DNA of 63,844 nucleotides, counting the filler, from Vannella sp. (lineage: Eukaryota): NCBI GenBank assembly GCA_023345925.1. It is 6 parts of 6 records of this genome, joined end to end, with 100 filler letters (N's around TTAATTAATTAA, not from the genome) between each part and the next. Parts side by side here need not be neighbours in the genome. Positions count along the whole stretch, not along the records: positions 1 to 8,994 come from JAJQQN010000179.1; positions 9,095 to 12,853 come from JAJQQN010001327.1; 4 more parts are not named here. One strand, 5' to 3'. Position 1 is the first letter of the stretch; the number at the start of each line of letters is the position of its first letter. Under the pieces are notes generated by a model, which did not search any database, was not told where the DNA came from, and saw nothing but the letters and a program-made list of their open reading frames with translations. Of this stretch, positions 1 through 12,386 are shown in pieces. The position numbers and the translations under genes are program-made.

Positions 1-2730
1 CAGGAGTTAGGGGAAAGAGGTCTGATCCAGTTCCGTGATGTACGTTTGAGTTCATCAGAGCTCTGATGAGGGGCTTTATCGGCTAACTCTCTATCGTAGC
101 TGAACCCGGACGTCAGCGCCTTTCAGAGGAACTTTCTCTCAGAGATCAAAACCGCAGACGACTTACAGCGGTCTCTCCGCTACTTCCACGAACAAGTAGG
201 CTTCTGCTCGCTTCTTTCATCACTCCTCCTCACGTTGCCTTTCCTTTGCCAGATCGAGTCAGTCGTTCGACAGAAGCCAAACGCTTTCCTTCACTTGAGC
301 GAAGGAGATGATGAGGAGAAGACTCGGAAAGGGCGAGGAGAAGAGTCCATGGAGCAGCTTCAGTTCTACTTTGAGGAGCTTGAGCACGAGCTACGTCAGA
401 TTGAAGAGAGCAAGAAGCTGTTGGAGCTAAACTATCATCAATTAGTGGAGCTCCGCCACATCCTGGTCAGCGCCGAGCAGATGATGGATCGGGTTCGTGA
501 CATCTTTTCGCCCTCTCCGTGGTGTCACTCACACGGCGGCAGGATAACAACACAGAAGAAGGTTCAAGTGCTGGTGGAAGCTTGCATCACATTGCAGGAG
601 CGATTGAGCGATCGAAAGTGTTCGTCTTCGAAAAGCTGCTTTGGCGAACTACCCGAGGAAACGTCTTCTTTCGGCATGCAGAGATACCAGAGCCAGTTTA
701 TGACCCTTCTACGGTCGGTTCATGCGCTCTTGGAGCTGAGGAGTTATCTCATTCAGGGACAGGGTGAATATGTGATGAAGAATGTTTTCCTTATCTTCTT
801 CCAAGGTGTTGCCGCTCAGCCAAAGGTAGAGCGCTTATGTCTGTCGTTGCAAGCTGGACTTTATCCGTGCCCCACTGAGGCTGGGGAGCGAGAACGACTC
901 TTGGATGATGTGTCAACACGTGTGGCAGAGCTCCGGAAGGTTCTGGATAAGACTGCCACGCGCCAACGGAATCTGTTAAGTGATGTCTATCTTTATGGGC
1001 AACAGTGGAAGGAGCGAACGATGAAGGAGAAAGCAATCTACCACACTATGAACCTTTTTGAATACGATACTGGGCGTCGCTGTCTAATCGCTGAGGGATG
1101 GTGCCCCACGGAGTACTTAGCATCTGTTGAAGAAGCTCTTACCATTTCCACTGTGCGTTTTGTATCCTTTTCCTGCCCCTATTCACACTTTTGGGACAGG
1201 CCAAAGCAGGGGCAACAGTCCCATCCATTCTTTCGGTCATTGGTACAAACAAAGTGCGCCCAACTTTTCAAAAGACAAACGATTTCACTTCCGCTTTCCA
1301 AGGGATTGTCGACATGTACGGTATCGCTCGCTATCAGGAGGTTAATCCCGGTCTATTCACCATCATCACCTTCCCGTTTCTGTTTGGGGTGATGTTTGGA
1401 GATGTTGGACATGGATTGATTCTTCTGGCTGCTTCTCTGGGACTTCTTGGCTGCTGGAAATTCATTAAGAGGCCGTCAGAGACATTGCAAGCTGCGTTAG
1501 ACCAAAAGTGGCTCATTCTGCTGATGTCCCTCTTTTCCATTTATTGCGGATTCATGTATAACGAGTTCTTCTCCTTACCCATGGGTCTATTCCCTTCCAA
1601 CTGGTCCTACACAAACGAAGATCGCCCATTTATAACCCGGGAGCATGATACGGCCTTCCAAGTCGACCCAAACTACGTCTATCCATTTGGGGTTGATCCA
1701 GTACGTTTCTGATTGTATTCAGAGTTCGTGTCGTTAACAGAAGGGCAGTTATGGAAAGGAAGCAAAAACGAGCTGGACTATTACAATTCAGTGAAGATGA
1801 AGATGTCCATCATCTTGGGGGTGGCGCAAATGACATTGGGGATTATCATGAGCCTTTTGAATTTCCTATACTTCAAACAATACTCTCGAATCATCTGTGA
1901 ATTCATTCCCCAAGTGCTCTTCCTCCATTCTGTATTCGGCTATATGTGCTTTCTCATTTTCCTCAAGTGGAATACCATCTGGGAGGATGCTTCTCGTGCT
2001 CCACGAATTCTCAATTTGCTGACAGAAATGATTCTTTCTCCTTGGATCCTAAGCGAGAAGTTCACGATGTTTTATGGACAACATGCGATCCAAATATTAC
2101 TTCTTGGGGTTGCTGGCTTGTGCGTTCCATGGATGCTCCTCTCTGGGCCCTTCCTAGAAGTTTATCGCCGCCGAAAGTATAGTTACATCGTAACTGGAGC
2201 TGATATTCCCATGCAGCCGATGGGTGAAGATTCCTCCATCGGAGGAGAATCTCACGACGAGGAAGAACATGAAGGTGGACATGGACACAACGATGACATC
2301 TCGGAAATCTTTATTCACCAAGGCATCCACACAATCGAGTTTGTGTTGGGTTGCGTGTCGAACACAGCTTCGTACTTGCGTTTGTGGGCGTTAAGTTTGG
2401 CGCATTCTGAACTGTCAGCTGTATTTTGGGAGCGCGTGTTCCTTGCAGGGTTGAAAACGGAGAGTTTCCTTTTGACCTTTATGGCATGGAGTGTTTGGGC
2501 TGCTTTCAGTTTGGGTGTTCTGTTGGGAATGGAAAGTCTTTCCGCTTTCCTTCACGCTCTTCGACTTCACTGGTGAGTCCTAATCTTCATTACCTTTGCT
2601 GATGGTCTTGACACTCACCTCCTTTTTCAGGGTGGAGTTCCAGAACAAGTTCTACATGGGAGATGGGTTCAAGTTCGTTCCTTTTTCTTTCCATTTGCTT
2701 TCTACGGAAGAAGGATCCACACCGGCTTAG
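1..2730 (+). CDS. ATP6V0A: V-type H+-ATPase V0 subunit a (VPH1/STV1 family), 5'-truncated, multi-exon
   Basis: Spliced translation gives ELGERGLIQFRD|LNPDVSAFQRNF, KEKAIYHTMN, AEGWCP, YQEVNPGLFTIITFPFLFGVMFGD, SNTASYLRLWALSLAH and HALRLHW|VEFQNKFY. GT-AG introns include 40-99, 714-762 and 1701-1748. Stop TAG at 2728-2730. Confidence 0.97.
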
Positions 2731-2985
2731 ACGTGTGACGATATCCCTGTCACCAATATCATCAAGATCTTCACTTAACTAAATTTGCCACAAATCTGAT
2801 GGCGTCTTGTTTCTTTGAGTATCACACCAGCCGCTCTCAGAGCCAGATTCTCACAATGAGTTAGTTGTTCTCAGATGGAAGAGTTTAAAAATCACTTGGA
2901 ATGGTTCATCAATGGAGGAGAAATGGTGATCTGATCTGAGCCTTTATTTCCCTCAGAAGACGAACTGATCTGTTAATGAACCTTT

Positions 2986-4055
2986 TCATAGAACCAAAGG
3001 GTCGCTGAGAATGGTGCTGAATAGAGTTTGAAGGATCTCTGGGGAGCGGGCGATAAGAAAATTGTGAGAACCACCTTCGATAACATGCAGATGAGCACTT
3101 GGCATCAATTTTTGAAGAAGGTCGAGTGCAGGAAGGGGGCAGGTAGTGTCTTTGGAACCCCAAACCAAGTGGACATCAACCTGCCCATTCCGGGGGAGAG
3201 ATTCAAACACACTCTCCATATCATTCAGGGGAAAATGACGGAGTGTGGACAAAAGAGAGTCTCCAAAGCCAGGGTGAGAGTGAAACTGATAAACCAAATT
3301 ATCTTGGACGAGTTGAATGAACTTTTCTTTTGTCTGAGTGCCCGACCAAAAGTCGTCGCTTGCTCCTGCTCTTCCAGCAGTGATACTGCCAGTTACCAGA
3401 AGAGGAGCAACATGTCTCATCAAGATATCTCCGAGAATGGGAATTTCAACCACGCGGGCAATCAAAGGGATGGAAGCTCCCAACCCCGCAGGAGCGAAGA
3501 GAACCAGCGTTCCCACTACATCAGGGTAGATAGAAGTAAAGTGGGTTGCAATGGCACCGCCCATGGACATCCCCAACAAGATAATGGGTTTGGTGGGGAC
3601 GAACTCCCCTCGCCGTTCCAAAGTCCAAAGAAGCTCCGCCAGTTGTGAGGAGAAGAGCTCGGGTGTGTTTGGGAGGTACGGTGCCTCGGAGCCACCTCGC
3701 CCGAACAAGTCGTAGGAGAGGAGCTGGTAATTGCGCGTTTCAGCAGCCAGTCCAATCTCATTCCAGACGATGGGAGAGGGCTGAGTGAGCCCATGAACGC
3801 AGACGATGAATCCTTCTACATTCTTGTTATTGCTGCCGTAGAGTTTGTAGCGGGTTTCTCCCGCAGACAAGCGCACTTGGGTTCCATCCTCAAAGAAGTG
3901 TTTGGAGGGAACACGTCTGGCCCATTTGGTGGATCCTCGTAGAGACAAACCCCCCTCCCTCCACTTAGCAAGATCATCTCAAACTTCAAACCTACAGGAA
4001 GAGCAACAGCCACCACCAACACCGCCAAGACGCACAACCAAGCTCGTCGTCCCAT
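2986..4055 (-). CDS. Alpha/beta-hydrolase with N-terminal signal or anchor peptide, 2 exons
   Basis: CVHG, YDLFGRGGS, nucleophile elbow GMSMGG, WGSKD and GSH motifs. ATG at 4055 encodes hydrophobic MGRRAWLCVLAVLVVAVALP, followed by a short intron. Confidence 0.88.
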
Positions 4056-4063
4056 CTCGTCAA

Positions 4064-4123
4064 AGGGGAAATGAGGGGAAATGAAGGGAAATGAGGGGAA
4101 ATGAGGGGAAATGAGGGGAAATG
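4064..4123 (+). repeat. Tandem 10-bp repeat (AGGGGAAATG)x6 in a divergent promoter
   Basis: Six consecutive units, one with a single substitution (AAGGGAAATG). An inverted copy of the last two units lies at 4196-4218. Confidence 0.95.
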
Positions 4124-4239
4124 CTCAACAAGTGATTTTTCTTGTTCCCTTCGGTTGGAGCCAAACAAGCACCCATGGGATTGGCATTGCTTCAAGAGCA
4201 TTTCCCTCATTTCCCCTCCGGACCTGAGAGTCAGAGGCG

Positions 4240-5909
4240 ATGTTGTCTCGCCGGCAAGTCGCGAGGACAGCCCCTTTAGCATTGTTGGTGTTGGCGGGAC
4301 TAGTCAGTGGAATCGCTGGCTGGGCTGTGCGATACACAGGCGATAAGGAGTGGCAATGCTTTCTCTGTGTTTTCTCCCCAAGCGTGTTGGGGTCCATTCT
4401 CCTGTTCCTAGTGTGGATGCTTTCTCCTGCTGCTACTCGTAATCAAGTACGCTCTCAAAGGGATACGGCCTAAACTGACGAACAATCGCTTAGGCGGGTG
4501 GGATGAAGAGCGCGATAATGATGTCTGTTGCCTGGCTGTTCCATTCCTTCTTCTTTGCGATCCTCTTCACTGTGATCCTCTTTGACGAGTCGCCTGGATA
4601 CTTTTATATCCCTTTCCTTTTTCTAGTGAGCTTATTTGATCTTTGCCTCTTCCTGCAACTCGGTTTGCTCTCCAATTGCCGAATGCCTTCGCTTTTTCGT
4701 CGGATAGTCGTAGCTTGGCCTGCTGCTTTGATATTTAGTGCTTCACTGCTTACTATTCTATCTGTTGTCGGCCTTTCTATCATTACCTGGCTGCCGTATG
4801 GGTCTTTATTCTACTTTTTACCCCTTTTCCTGGCTATTTTGGGTCTCTATCAAACCACCTTTACTCCTTCTTCACTGAAGAAGTGGGAATGGCTTCGCAT
4901 TAATGCTCCTCTGGTTTCCAATACTTTCACTATCAACAGTAACGAGGCTCAAGTGATCCGCTGCAGGGATGAAGTGACTTACGTTGCTCCTGGCGCATTA
5001 GTCCATTTAGAAAAATCTCCAAACAACCTTCGGATTATCCAAATTACTGATCCTCACATCGGTACGATGATGAGCGTTGAGCGACTCCGAAAAATCTGCA
5101 TTCAAGCTGTTGAGGCTAAGCCAGACATTGTGTTACTCACTGGTGACTTTTACACTGTTGAAGGTTATGAGCAATCTCAGCATGTACTTGCTGAAGCCCT
5201 AGAACCTTTGACTCAGCTGGCGCCGGGCAAGTTGTTTGCTTGTACTGGGGTTCGTAGGAATTTAATGTCGAGGTTGGGACTAATCAGGTGCAGAATCATG
5301 ATCAAGAACATTGCGCGCATGACCGTATGGTCCAAGATCTTGCATCAATCGGTGCCAAATTTTTGCTTGGGGAAGAGGATGTTGTCGAGACAGGTATTTG
5401 GGTCTTGGCCACCATGTCCTTCTTGACTTACTAGGAACAGCGGTTGGGAAGGTGCAGATAATTGGTCTTGATTACAATAAGCCTTCAATTGCCCGCACAG
5501 ATCATATTGAAGGTATCTTGAAGCGAAAATGTCCTCCACGAGATGACACTGCCCTCCGCATCGTTATGCTCCATGACCCCGGTAAGGTCTTCTCCGTTGA
5601 TTGACTCACAAAGGATTCACTGTTGCTATAGGTGCTATTCATTTGGTCCCAAATCAGGGAAATCTTGTCTTCTCTGGCCACACTCACGGAGGACAGATCG
5701 GTTTTCTGAGTCTTGGTTTTAACATGACATTGGTTCGTTTGGCCGGAATTCCGGATCAAGGCTTCTTTAGGCACGGTACGAACCGGCTCTACGTACATCG
5801 AGCCCATGGCTGTCGGACTCTGCTTGGAACCTTCCTAGTGAGAGTTGGGTGCCCGCCAGAGTATTCCGTTCTCGATGTTGCCTTCCCAGTCCCTCGTGAA
5901 AACTCCTAA
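4240..5909 (+). CDS. Transmembrane metallophosphoesterase (YkuE/TMPPE-like), multi-exon
   Basis: Several N-terminal TM helices, then IIQITDPHIG, LLTGDF, G|NHD (formed across an intron), LHDP and SGHTHGGQI. Stop TAA ends at 5909. Confidence 0.9.
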
Positions 5910-5971
5910 TACAACAGTTTTACTCCACTGCAGTAGTAATTAGTTTTAAATACGGTTTATCTAGCGCATTG

Positions 5972-8900
5972 TTAGAGACTTCCTTTAAGGACTTGTGCAA
6001 TTTGCTTCTTCTTGATATCACTTGAAGCAAGGTAAGATCCTCCTATGGCCACAGCGAGGGACATCAATATCAGAGAAGCAAAAAGGAGGTATGGAAATTG
6101 GAAGCGGAATGGCATCTCTGTAAAGAGATTAAACTGCAAAGTTAAGGTTATAGCGATGGATAGTCCCGTTGCACTGCCGAGCACGAGAGCGCTAATAATG
6201 ATACACAAAGCCTCATAAACATAAACTCTAGTGACCTGTCCTGCGCTCAGTCCAATCGCTCGAAGAACACCGAATTCCCAACTATTCTCCTTAATGTTGG
6301 AGGTGAAAGACAGCCACAGCACAAAAAAGCACATCGTTGAAGCAATAATAGCCACTAAATCAAAAAACAGGAGTAGAGCCCAAGCTGCGACATCTGTAGT
6401 CTCCAACAAGTCAGTTGTGTCCAATACTACCGTGGAGGAATCTTGAATGAAACTCCTGAGTCCATTCATAATGGCCTCACGCTCCAGTAAAGTAGATTTG
6501 GGCTTAATTCTGATGAACAGCCTTTGCTTGGCGGGAGTTGTACGAACTTTACTCAGCCTCTGATCGATCTGTTCTTTACTGATGCCCTGCTCGAGGAACA
6601 TGCGACGTCGCAAAGTGTAGATGTCATCGACAATGGATTGATACTGATCCATTGAGAGGAGCAGAGGTGAACCAAAGGAAGTTTGCCGATAGCTTGAGAA
6701 AAAGAAACCTGAAAGTTTCGTGACCATTCCCCTAATCTTGACCATGTACTTAAGAGAGGCATATCTGTGGTCTGTCAAACGTGCGGATACTTCCATCTTA
6801 ACGGGAGTGTCTGTGTCAATATAGGATCCAAAACGCAGGGCTTCTGAACAGATAGCGTCAAGATATTGAGTGTACGAATGGTTGTTTGATACAAAAAGGA
6901 ACGCCTTGTCTCCTTCACTGAGTCCTGCTGAGGGAGCAGTCCCAATCACCGGAGGAATTCCGATTCCCAAGCCTCCTTCTTCTTTTGTCTTCTCCACGGT
7001 GAGGACTTGCTTTCCAGCATCAGTGTACAGACTACGGACGATGTCAGGCTTTGAGGGATTGTCAACTATTCCATTGAAAGTAAACCCTTTGGCAGTCTCA
7101 CTGGGCACGTAAAAGTCACCGTAAACTGAGCTTAGAAAATCTTTCTCCACACCGTAAACGTTGAGGCGATGCCAAGGAAAATCTGCCAAGTTGCTGAGGT
7201 GATTACTCGAGATCTCCCTCATGTCCCACATTGAGTACGTGAGGAAGCTGTAAGATTTAACCACCTGTTGGTCGGAATGAACTTGCTCTTCAAGAAATGC
7301 ACGCATTTCCTCTTCTTGTAAAGGGTTGTTCCAAGTGGCTGAGATGATATTAATGTCCGAGCCAATTCCGGCCTTGATATTGTCTGTTAATGCTGTCGTC
7401 TGGAGCGTAAACATTGCCCCAGAAAAGATAATGAATGCCAGGCAAATACTGTACATCAGAGCCGTCTTGCGGTTCCTCCCTCGATGACCAGCCAGGGATT
7501 TGCAGATGAGGACTTCCATGTTTCGATCGCTGCCCCAAAGTAGGAGCTTGAGTACTTGGCGCTCAAGAATAGGCTGGAAGAGTGTGGAGACTACAGTAGC
7601 TCCAACTAACATTCCCAAGAGAATTCCATTGAGAATAGTGAGGAACAAGGAGATGTTGAGGAAAATGAAGGCCAATGGCACTACGTAGTAGATTAGGAAT
7701 CCGACAAACACCATCATCAGAGCACAGGCAATCTGCCACGGATTCAGGCCAAGAGATTCGAGTTTGACCATTTTCACATCAATTTGTTGAGAGGCTTGGT
7801 GATAAACATCAAGAGAGTCTCTGAGTGTTCGTGACAGGGCCCTCTGAATAGGTGCAATATTAGAGACAATGGGCATCAGGAGGCCCAAAGTAACTCCCAT
7901 CAAAAGAGTTTCCCATTCCATCCAATAAGTGGTTTTCACAGAAGAGTAAGCCGACATAAAGAAGATGATAGGTAAACTGAAAATCTGCGCAATTGCCAAA
8001 CCGATTAAGATTCCTGGGATAGCATAAAGCAATGCTTGAATGAGAAGAAGCTCGATCAGGGCGTTGTGAGGGAGCCCCAGCGCTCGCAGCATACCATATT
8101 CATAGGTCTTATCCTCCACATCCGAGAGTAGAAGAGAATAAATAAGCATCACTCCCATCCCCACCAAGATCAACAGAACCGAGTTGAAGATTTGATCAAG
8201 AAACATGCGGGCGTAGTTGAGGCCAATTAGGATCTCCTGTAGAGGAAGGGACAGTCGCACAGGATAACGGATTCCTAATGCCTCTACTACCTCATTGGTG
8301 AATCCAATCAGATCTGCATTCATCCCATCGGTTCCTTTGACGTAAGTATCAAATCGTCCTGCAAATTGTACAACCGCTACCAGCGCGAGGGCATTAATGT
8401 CCACTTCTTCCATGTGCTCTTTGAGGTTATAAGGATTGGGGTCTGTTGGATCTTTCAGCCCCAGAATTTGTGCGATAAGATCTTGCGCAGCCACGTTTTT
8501 GGGAAGAAGATTGCTGAGTGACCGCATTATGTACTTGGCTTCGAGGACAGCAACGTTTCCAAGCGACTGAGGCCACTTGCCAGCCGGATCGTCAACACCA
8601 TCAACGACAGTACATTCAATGCTGACGTGCTCAGGTCCAAATCGGTCGAGAATAGAGCCCCAATGTTGGTCAAGGTATTTGGTGACTATTTCATCGATTT
8701 TCTCTGCTGGAATGGAGCCTAAATCAAAGGTCATATTGCCATTACCTTTTAGAGGTGATGAAAAGGGTAGTTTTGGCAAAGTGCTGCCGATCCCCAAGAA
8801 GTGGAGGAGATTTTCTGGGTCGAGAGTTACTGTTCGATTCACTAAAGTGTGTTGGATAGCTTGGCTTATAACCTTTGCCAACGCTTCCTCGTCCAATTTC

Positions 8901-8994
8901 TGAGCGAGGGGGTCAATAACTAATGCGAAAACATCGCGAGACATACCCCAGTGAAAGTTCGGACCAGCTGGAGAAAGTCAAAGCCAACTAAAAC
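5972..8994 (-). CDS. FtsX/MacB-type ABC permease-domain membrane protein, 5' end lost at contig edge
   Basis: Two FtsX-like repeats (DKTYEYGMLRALG; ENSWEFGVLRAIG), each with flanking TM helices, in a >=990-aa ORF. Confidence 0.88.
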
Positions 8995-9094
8995 NNNNNN
9001 NNNNNNNNNNNNNNNNNNNNNNNNNNNNNNNNNNNNNNTTAATTAATTAANNNNNNNNNNNNNNNNNNNNNNNNNNNNNNNNNNNNNNNNNNNN
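8995..9094. other. Artificial contig linker N44-TTAATTAATTAA-N44
   Basis: Palindromic six-frame-stop 12-mer in an N run. Identical at all five gaps. Confidence 0.99.
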
Positions 9095-9170
9095 CCGCCG
9101 GGGGCAACCTCACGGTGGCCACGAGCGCGGCGGCGGCGGGCACCGCCAACCGCCTCACCGATACGGTGTT

Positions 9171-9729
9171 CGGCCACACCAACAGCGCTCTCCAACCGAC
9201 TCTTGTTCAGGTTATAGACCGTTCTGAAGGGCCCCTTCGATGCCTGGCTGCCCTCTACGAAGGAGTGATCCTCATCGACTCGAAAGGAGGCGTCTTCTCC
9301 TCTGGACACAACTCCCAGGGTCAACTGGGGCGCTCTGGGGATGTTTCGAAGCTTCAGAGAATCACGAACATTCCTTCCATGCTTGCAGCTTCCTGCGGAA
9401 GCGATCACACTCTGTGTCTGGATGAGAACGATGGCGTCTGGTCCTGGGGATGCGGTGGATATGGGCAATTGGGGACGGGCAATGCCACTAACCAGGAACA
9501 GCCTGCTATGATCCCATTGTTGAAAGGAATGAGCGCCCTGGTTGCGGGAAGGAATCATTCATTGGCGTTCCCACAGGAAGGCGGCCTGCTGGTCTTCGGA
9601 TTCAACTTCTTCGGACAACTCGGACTCAACCACACGACCAAACAAATCACTCCCACGCTTTGTCCTGTCCAGCCCGCTCTCCCTCATACATTCACTAGCA
9701 GCAGAATGAAGAGTGCCCGCTTCCTTTGA
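9171..9729 (+). CDS. RCC1-repeat (BLIP-II-like beta-propeller) protein, C-terminal part
   Basis: Repeats SGHNSQGQLG, SCGSDHTL, WSWGCGGYGQLG, AGRNHSLA and VFGFNFFGQLG. Stop TGA ends at 9729. The 5' end is missing or chimeric. Confidence 0.88.
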
Positions 9730-9745
9730 GGTCCTTAAGAAAAGT

Positions 9746-9764
9746 GGCGGGAAAATTTTGGCGG
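9746..9764. promoter_or_regulatory. Paired E2F-like sites upstream of NDC80
   Basis: GGCGGGAAAA (reverse complement TTTTCCCGCC) directly followed by TTTTGGCGG, about 45 nt before the NDC80 ATG. Resembles the TTTSSCGC consensus. Confidence 0.5.
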
Positions 9765-9809
9765 CAAATATGTTCGGTGCAGTTGCTCATTCGGTCACTT
9801 TTTGGTACT

Positions 9810-11627
9810 ATGGCCTCGCGTAACCCCCTCCGTCCGGTTCAAAACAAACCCGCAGATTGGAAGAAGCGCCAAAGTGAAGCGCCAGGAGCTAAGCGGCGGC
9901 AAACTACCACAAATGCGAGGGCTTCCTTAGCTCCCAGAGCCTCTTTAGCGCTACCGCAGCAGTCCAGCTCCCGCGTATCACTTGCCATGGCCCCTAGTGG
10001 CCTCCCCTCATCACGAGCCTCCCTCTCACTGAAACGTCAGTCCTCCATTGGAGGTCGCCACGGTCCCTCGAAGGGGGTCGATCGCAAGATCATTGAGCTT
10101 CATATCCGCAAGATCATCGAATTCCTTAGTCTGCGCAACTACCCCAACTGTGTGTCCTTCAAGATGCTCTCCCAACCGTCGTCCAAGGACTTTATCGACA
10201 TCACTCTGTTCCTCATTCGAGAAGTGGACCCCACCTACGAGTTCAAAGGCCACGCAGACGATGAGATCCCCAAGTTCTTCCGTACGATCCGCTGTCCACA
10301 CACAATCAAGCGAAGTCTCCTCCGTGCTGTTGGTACCATCGCCTCCTGGCCTCCTGTACTGCAAGCACTAGCATGGCTGGTCGACCTACTCAACTACCAA
10401 GCTGCTGAGCAAGCCATGCGACTCCAATCCGAGGACGACTTGCACCAGAAGCTCTTCTTCGACTTCCTCAGCCTCGCCTATCAACAGTTCCTTCAAGAGG
10501 GAAAGGAGACCTACGAAGAACTGGAAGCTGACCTCTCTCAGATCTTCGCACAGCGCAACAGCAAGGTCCAGCACTCCATCGACGACATCGAGCGCGAAAA
10601 CCAAGCGCTCTTGGCGGAGATCGAGAAGCTGGAGGCGGAGAAGAGGCAAGTACCTGTTGTCAAACAGAAGCTAGGGGAGCTCCAACAGGAGTGCCACAAA
10701 TACCAAGGCATGGTAAGGGAGTGGCAATCTCACAAGGACCAGATTCAAGAGCGCAACGACATGCTCGCCACCAAGCTGAACGAGGTGAACGAACAGCTCG
10801 AGTCTGTACAGCAAGAGCAAGCTCAAGTACTCGCCAAGCTCGAGCACCAAGAGATGAAGTCGGACGATGTTCAACGCCTCTTCTCGGACCGCACACAGCT
10901 CCAGCAAGAGCTACAGTTGGCCATGAAGCACCACAAGAGCCTCCAAACACAATCGACAGACCTTGAACAAGAACTGAGCGCCCAGTTTGAAGAGGTCCTC
11001 CCCACTCTAAAGCAGTACAGCACCATCGCTACGGCTATGAAGTTGATTCCAGCCACTGCTAAGTATGCACAGGGCTTCTCCTTTGAAGTGTCCTTGCGCC
11101 CACGCGACCTCCATGACGAGGCCTTCACGGTAGAGATCAAGAAGGACATTAAGTTGAACATTATGAAGCTCCGGGAGACTTTCAAGCACAAGCTAATGGA
11201 GCATGATGAACGTCGCATTCAACTACAACATCAGTTCGAGCAGGAGAGCGAGCGCTTCCAAGATAAGTCCGAAGAAGCCGTCCACGCCAAGCGACAACTC
11301 GAGGAGACCCTTCGACGCGCAGAGTCCTCCAAGCAACAGCTCATGGAAGACTACCAAGAGCTTCAAAGTCAGGTCAGCGACCTCCGAGAGCGATGCCAAC
11401 GACTGGAGAAGACGTCCCAAGAGGAACTCGCGGACGCCGTCCAGCACCATCAGTCCCTCGCAGCTCACTTGGCCCAAGAGCAAGAAGAGATGCAGAAGGC
11501 CAAGGATGCTCAGATCGCCCGCTACCACGAGACCTGCACGGTCATCATGACACACAAAGAGTTCCTGAAAGAGCACCTCGAGCAGCGATATCACTCAATC
11601 AAGCGTGATCTCTACTGTCTGGCATGA
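9810..11627 (+). CDS. NDC80: Kinetochore protein Ndc80/Hec1, intronless
   Basis: Basic N-terminal tail with R-x-S repeats, CH-domain motifs (IIEFL, PSSKDF, AVGTIASWPPVLQALAWL), FFDFLSLAYQQFL, a long coiled coil and the loop motif LIPATAKYAQG. Confidence 0.93.
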   Translation: MASRNPLRPVQNKPADWKKRQSEAPGAKRRQTTTNARASLAPRASLALPQQSSSRVSLAMAPSGLPSSRASLSLKRQSSIGGRHGPSKGVDRKIIELHIRKIIEFLSLRNYPNCVSFKMLSQPSSKDFIDITLFLIREVDPTYEFKGHADDEIPKFFRTIRCPHTIKRSLLRAVGTIASWPPVLQALAWLVDLLNYQAAEQAMRLQSEDDLHQKLFFDFLSLAYQQFLQEGKETYEELEADLSQIFAQRNSKVQHSIDDIERENQALLAEIEKLEAEKRQVPVVKQKLGELQQECHKYQGMVREWQSHKDQIQERNDMLATKLNEVNEQLESVQQEQAQVLAKLEHQEMKSDDVQRLFSDRTQLQQELQLAMKHHKSLQTQSTDLEQELSAQFEEVLPTLKQYSTIATAMKLIPATAKYAQGFSFEVSLRPRDLHDEAFTVEIKKDIKLNIMKLRETFKHKLMEHDERRIQLQHQFEQESERFQDKSEEAVHAKRQLEETLRRAESSKQQLMEDYQELQSQVSDLRERCQRLEKTSQEELADAVQHHQSLAAHLAQEQEEMQKAKDAQIARYHETCTVIMTHKEFLKEHLEQRYHSIKRDLYCLA

Positions 11628-11720
11628 ATGAGATCCTCTTGATATCATCTGAGTCAGTGTGGGAGGGGTCTGGAGCCTGCAATGAATGTTGTTCGGGTTG
11701 TTATCCTTTCGTCCTTCAAA

Positions 11721-11819
11721 GAGAGTTCACGTCCGCTGGTGGTTGAAAAGTGCCTCTAAATTCGATCGGGACCTTTACCAATGAACTTTTTATGTATTTT
11801 GGTTGAAGCACTTTTTGGG
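11721..11819 (+). mobile_element. Single arm of the dispersed palindromic (MITE-like) family
   Basis: 11740-11773 is an exact 34-nt reverse complement of 60233-60266. It also matches the reverse complement of about 63804-63844. Confidence 0.8.
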
Positions 11820-12386
11820 AGGATATTATGGTCGAAGGAAAAGTGGCCCTCTTTGCGGACGTGGTTTGAGTTCACCAGCTTCTCGCTTTACGTACCATCA
11901 AAACGTCCTGTCTCTCGACAGAAAGAAGTTGAGACTGCAGAGTTCCCTGCAAGACATCCCTTCTCAACCATTAAGAAGATTTTTCCTCAGAATATCTTCC
12001 GTCGTTGGAATCATTCTTTCGAGCATGTTTGCGGAACATTCTAGGGCGATTGTTCTCCAGAATTGCCTATCACCAGGAGCGGTCGTCCTGTCAAGATGAG
12101 AAGACTCCACGCAGCTGCCTTCGCACGAAGAATCGGAGAAGAACAAGGAATCTGCCAATTTGAGCCCCCAGAGAAAAGAACAACTAGAACTCTTGAGGGA
12201 GAAATCAACCATCTATGGAACCAAATGCTGATGAACCCCTTCTCGCGTGATCTGAGATAGGAAGCTCAATCCTCAGCCTATTCTTCATTCTCTCCTTCAA
12301 CCTCCTCACCAAGTCGACGTTTAACGTCATCCTGAAGCACTTCATTCTCTCCTTCATCATGCAATCCCATCGGATAGTACCACCAA

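Noticed and set aside
4064..4123. G-rich 10-mer array as a telomere or CRISPR array
   Set aside because: It is internal, has only six units, has no spacers and no cas genes nearby, and sits in a divergent promoter.
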